Part shown: positions 60,536 through 64,000 of the stretch, in pieces | How the letters are laid out: each line of letters starts with the position of its first letter | Numbering within the stretch: the first letter of the stretch is position 1 | Origin: Burkholderiales bacterium | GTDB lineage: Bacteria; Pseudomonadota; Gammaproteobacteria; Burkholderiales; Ga0077523 | Assembly (NCBI GenBank): GCA_046347985.1 | Contig: JAXMFE010000014.1 | Location: 26,042-90,041, forward strand | Reading direction: 5' to 3' | Length of the DNA stretch: 64,000 nucleotides | Translations under genes and position numbers: made by a program | The notes under the pieces: model-generated | What the model saw: the letters and a program-made list of their open reading frames with translations, nothing else | Told to the model about the DNA's origin: nothing | Database searches by the model: none

Positions 60536-63043
60536 TCAGCCCTTCCGGCCGGGCTTGGGCACGGGCTCGGGTTCCGGTGCGGGCGCCGCCCGCGACCGCT
60601 CCCTGACCCGCTTGATGCGCACGGCCATGTTCGAGAACGCCTGACGCATGACGGACAGCTCCAGCAGCCGGGCGGAGACGAGGAAGTTGAGCGTGCCTTC
60701 GGGGAAGACGCCGTCCTCGTCGGCCGCGCCGGCCGGGATGCCGGTCAGCAGCGTCGCGGCATCGTCGACGTGCTCGACGGGATGGACGTGGAAGCGGCCT
60801 GCCGCTGCGGCCTCGACCACGTCCTCCCGCAGCATCAGGTGTTTCACGTTCGCGGCGGGGATGACCACCCCCTGGTCGCCGGTCAGGCCGCGCGCGACGC
60901 ACAGGTCGAAGAAGCCTTCGATCTTCTCGTTGACGCCCCCGATGGGTTGCACCCGGCCGTGCTGGTTCACGGACCCCGTCACCGCGAAGCACTGGCGGAT
61001 CGGCACGTTCGCCAGCGACGAGAGCAGCACGACCAGTTCGGCCAGGGAGGCACTGTCACCCTCGACCTCGCCGTAGGTCTGCTCGAAGGCCAGGGTGCCG
61101 GACAGCGACTGCGGCCGGTCGGACGCGTAACGCGAACTGAGGAAGGCGGCCAGGGTCATCACGCCCTTCGCGTGGATGGGGCCGCCGAGTTGCACTTCGC
61201 GATGGATGTCGATGACCTCGCCGTCGCCGAGCCGCGTCGTGGCGGTGATGCGCGTCGGATGACCGAAGCGCGAGCGGCCGATCTCGCTGACCGACAGGCC
61301 GTTGATCTGCCCGACCGCGGCGCCGTCCGTGTCGATGAGGATCGTGCCGCGGACGATGCCTTCGAGCAGCCGGGCGCGGATGCGGCCGACCCGGCGTTCC
61401 CGCGCGTCGAGGGCGCTGCGCACGTGGGCGAGCGAGACGTGCGGCGCACCCGCTTCGCGGGCCCGCAGGTCGGATTCGCGCAGCAGGTCGCGGAGCGCTT
61501 CGATCTGCGTCGACAGGCGCTCGGCATCCTCGGCATCGCGGGCCGCCTCGTCGACGAGGCGGGCGACGGCATCGCGCGCGAAGGGCAGCAGCGTGTCCCT
61601 CCGGGCGAGCGTGGCGATCAGGCGGGCGTAGAGGATCTCGCTGTCCGCGCTGCGCGGCAGCTCGTCCTCGAAGTCGGCGGAGACCTTGAACAATTCCTCG
61701 AACTCGGGATCGAGCGCGAGCAGCAGGTAGTACACGGCCCGCTCCCCGACCAGCACCACCTTCACGTCGATCGGGATGGGCTCGGCGTCGAGGGCGATGG
61801 TCGAGACCCACCCGAGGCTCTGCCCCATGGTCTCCGGCCGCAAACGGCCGGTCGCGAGCGCGCGCTTGAGTCCGTCCCAGGCGAAGGGCTGCTGGAGCAG
61901 CTTGTGCGCATCGAGGACGAGATAGCCGCCGTTGGCCCGGTGCAGGGCGCCGGGCTGGATCAGGGCGAAATCGGTGATCAGCATCCCGAGCCGCGCCATG
62001 TTCTCGATGCGGCCGATCAGGTTCGGGAAGGTCGGGTATTCCTCCACCACGACCGGCGCCCCGCCGCCGCCGGGCTCGCTGCCGACGAGCACGTTCACTT
62101 CGTAGCGCCGGAACGCCAGGTCGTCGTCCAGGGCCATCGCGATCGGGTTGCCTTCCTGCGGCTCGGGGGCGCGCCGGAACTGGTCGATGGTCTCGAGCAC
62201 GTCGGCCTGGACGGCATCGAGGAACGACTGCACGCCGGCCTCCGCCGGAAACCTGGCCTTGACTTCGATGGTGAGCGCGCCCACGACGGTGAGCGTCATC
62301 TCCCGCGTGAGCTCCTTGATGGCGTTGCGCTTGGCCTTCTGCAGCGATTGCGCCTCCCGCACGGCCACCTGCAGCTTCTCGTGCAGGGACTCCATGCGTT
62401 CCTGGATGGCATGGCGGCGTTCCTCGGGCAGGGCCTGGAAATCCTCCGGGCTGATGACCTGGTTGTCGCGCATCGGCGCGAACGAGAAGCCGGCCGGCGT
62501 GTGGATCAGGGCGATGTCGTCCTTGGCGGACTCGCCGCCGAGCTCGCCGAACAGGCGCTCCTGCTGGCTCGAGTAGTCGGTGTCGATCTGCTCGGCGCGC
62601 GAGCGGAACTCGTCGCTTTCCAGCACGGCCGGAATCGAGGCGCGGAGTTCCTCCACGTATTGACGCATCTCCGACCGCAGACGCGTGCCTTCGCCGGGAG
62701 CGAGCTTCAACGCCCGCGGACGATTGGGCGCCTCGAAATTATTGACGTAGCACCAGTCGGCCGGCGGCGGATCGGACTTCGCCCGTTCGCGCAGCACTTC
62801 CTCGACGAGGCCGCGCTTGCCCACGCCGGCCGGACCGAGCATGAAGACGTTGTAGCCGCGCGATCGCATGCGCATCGCGAGGTCCAGCGCCTCGCGCGCG
62901 CGGTCCTGACCCACGATCGACGGGAGATCCGCCAGATCCGCGGTCGTCGAGAAGGCGGCATCGTCGAAGGTCGCGTGGCGGCGCAGAGCCGACGACGGCA
63001 AGGCGGGGGGCAGGCGGACGGGCGACGGTTTCTTGCGGGCCAT
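60536..63043 (-). CDS. Lon-family protease with an AAA+ module carrying a long helical insertion (LonC-like)
   Basis: Walker A MLGPAGVGKRGL, a long coiled insertion, then a C-terminal S16 domain (GDSASLAELVVLLSSLANVPI ... TGSVNQHGRVQPIGGVNEKIEGFF) with Ser-Lys dyad context. Start taken at MARKKP (63043). Confidence 0.85.
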   Translation of the reverse strand: MARKKPSPVRLPPALPSSALRRHATFDDAAFSTTADLADLPSIVGQDRAREALDLAMRMRSRGYNVFMLGPAGVGKRGLVEEVLRERAKSDPPPADWCYVNNFEAPNRPRALKLAPGEGTRLRSEMRQYVEELRASIPAVLESDEFRSRAEQIDTDYSSQQERLFGELGGESAKDDIALIHTPAGFSFAPMRDNQVISPEDFQALPEERRHAIQERMESLHEKLQVAVREAQSLQKAKRNAIKELTREMTLTVVGALTIEVKARFPAEAGVQSFLDAVQADVLETIDQFRRAPEPQEGNPIAMALDDDLAFRRYEVNVLVGSEPGGGGAPVVVEEYPTFPNLIGRIENMARLGMLITDFALIQPGALHRANGGYLVLDAHKLLQQPFAWDGLKRALATGRLRPETMGQSLGWVSTIALDAEPIPIDVKVVLVGERAVYYLLLALDPEFEELFKVSADFEDELPRSADSEILYARLIATLARRDTLLPFARDAVARLVDEAARDAEDAERLSTQIEALRDLLRESDLRAREAGAPHVSLAHVRSALDARERRVGRIRARLLEGIVRGTILIDTDGAAVGQINGLSVSEIGRSRFGHPTRITATTRLGDGEVIDIHREVQLGGPIHAKGVMTLAAFLSSRYASDRPQSLSGTLAFEQTYGEVEGDSASLAELVVLLSSLANVPIRQCFAVTGSVNQHGRVQPIGGVNEKIEGFFDLCVARGLTGDQGVVIPAANVKHLMLREDVVEAAAAGRFHVHPVEHVDDAATLLTGIPAGAADEDGVFPEGTLNFLVSARLLELSVMRQAFSNMAVRIKRVRERSRAAPAPEPEPVPKPGRKG

Positions 63044-63205
63044 GGGCGCCGGAGGACGGTCGAGGATGCCGCGATGTTGCCCCGTAACCGCCCGTCCCGC
63101 CAGCATCCGTCACGCGATCGACCGGCAGGCCGGATTCGTTGACCGATGTCAAAGCCCGGATGCAGACGTCCGCGCACTCTGGTTCGAAGAAGAAGGAGAG
63201 GCACC

Positions 63206-64000
63206 GTGGTCGATGCCGTCATCCGCAAGGCCGTCTCGCGTACTGCACCGGCAAATCTGCTGGACTACGAGGCGGCGTGCCGCAGCTTTTCGTGGGACGA
63301 CACCCGCCGCGGGCTCGCGGGCCTCCCGGAGGGCCGCGGACTGAACATCGCGCACGAGGCCGTGGATCGGCACGCCGCGGGGCCGCGCGCCTCGCGCTGC
63401 GCGCTGCGCTGGCTCGGTCGCGACGGGGCGATCCGCAGCTTCTCCTATGCCGACCTGTCGACCTGGACCTCCTGTTTCGCCAATGTGCTGGCCGCGCTCG
63501 GTGTCGACGCGGGCGAGCGCGTGTTCGTGCTGGCCGGCCGCATTCCCGAGCTGTACTTCGCGGTGCTCGGTGCGCTCAAGCACCGTTGCGTCGTGTCGCC
63601 CCTGTTCTCGGCCTTCGGGCCCGAGCCGATCGCCACACGCATCGGCATCGGCGAGGGCAGCGTCCTCGTCACCACCAGCGGGCTGTACCGGAAGAAGGTG
63701 GCCGTCCTGCGGGACCGTCTGCCGAGCCTGCGGCACGTGCTCGTCGTGCCCGACGCGGACGACGACGAGATTCCTCCCGGCGCGCTCGACCTGCGGCAGC
63801 TTCTCGGGGCCGCGTCTTCGGACTACGCGATCGGCCCGACCGACCCGGAAGACCTGGCGCTGCTCCACTTCACGAGCGGCACGACCGGCCGGCCGAAGGG
63901 CGCGATGCATGTGCATGCGGCGGTCGCTGCGCACCGGGTCACGGCGGCGCTGGCGCTGGACCTGCGGGAGGATGACGTCTTCTGGTGCACCGCCGATCCC
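63206..64000 (+). CDS. AMP-dependent acyl/acetyl-CoA synthetase (3' end beyond the window)
   Basis: AAGGAGAG precedes GTG 63206. My own translation of frame 2 gives VVDAVIRKAV ... NIAHEAVDRHA ... LRWLGRDG ... LLHFTSGTTGRPKGAMHVH ... DVFWCTADP (AMP-binding motif I). It is absent from the ORF track because no stop lies in the window. Confidence 0.85.
   Translation, partial: MVDAVIRKAVSRTAPANLLDYEAACRSFSWDDTRRGLAGLPEGRGLNIAHEAVDRHAAGPRASRCALRWLGRDGAIRSFSYADLSTWTSCFANVLAALGVDAGERVFVLAGRIPELYFAVLGALKHRCVVSPLFSAFGPEPIATRIGIGEGSVLVTTSGLYRKKVAVLRDRLPSLRHVLVVPDADDDEIPPGALDLRQLLGAASSDYAIGPTDPEDLALLHFTSGTTGRPKGAMHVHAAVAAHRVTAALALDLREDDVFWCTADP

Noticed and set aside
59742-60992. Upstream extension of the 687-aa ORF containing the L,D-transpeptidase
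   Set aside because: Only the last 270 codons (from MIPASRR with a signal peptide) look like YkuD. The extension overlaps two other supported genes out of frame.
60098-63142. 1014-aa plus-strand ORF opposite the Lon-like protease
   Set aside because: It is an antisense shadow with no motifs. The minus strand has Walker A and S16 protease motifs.

Overview
High-GC (roughly two-thirds G+C by eye) proteobacterial chromosome segment. Gene order and PEP-CTERM proteins suggest a betaproteobacterium, possibly Rhodocyclales-like, but that is a low-confidence guess. About 50 genes can be supported.

The left end (1-13.9 kb) is a conserved housekeeping block: aroA-cmk fusion, rpsA, ihfB, lapA, lapB, pyrF, hldA, hldD, cysM, pckG, a PolB-type exonuclease, rlmD and a BI-1/YccA protein.

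A tRNA-Ser(UGA) at 14228-14315 is followed by what looks like a degraded genomic island (about 14.3-35.5 kb). It carries:
- an IS5-family transposase fragment and at least two other gene fragments;
- small accessory genes (VOC, DUF3024-like, GNAT);
- a divergent pair made of a Wzx-like flippase and a PglB/STT3-type oligosaccharyltransferase, followed by a PEP-CTERM protein;
- a serine hydrolase;
- a lipoprotein gene translationally coupled to a 2884-aa RTX/alpha-beta-hydrolase giant protein.

The right half (35.5-64 kb) holds corA, a GT2 glycosyltransferase, mgtA, rhlE, a fatty-acid hydroxylase preceded by a 59-aa PEP-CTERM mini-protein, an NAD-IDH-like dehydrogenase, an APH/AAA kinase, SapC, an acetoacetyl-CoA synthetase operon and an intradiol dioxygenase. 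It ends with two uncharacterised clusters:
- a cysteine-rich 779-aa protein, a DUF1360-like CxxC membrane protein, a small MGCCG protein and an AraC regulator;
- a LonC-like protease, a tandem-USP-like protein, an L,D-transpeptidase and a COG2403/cDPG-synthetase-like protein, joined by overlapping stop/start codons.

The candidates I consider most novel are the PglB-like N-glycosylation module and the Cys-rich cluster.

Many very long ORFs in the six-frame track are antisense or out-of-frame shadows typical of high-GC DNA and were rejected. All functional calls come from motif recognition by eye. No database search was run.
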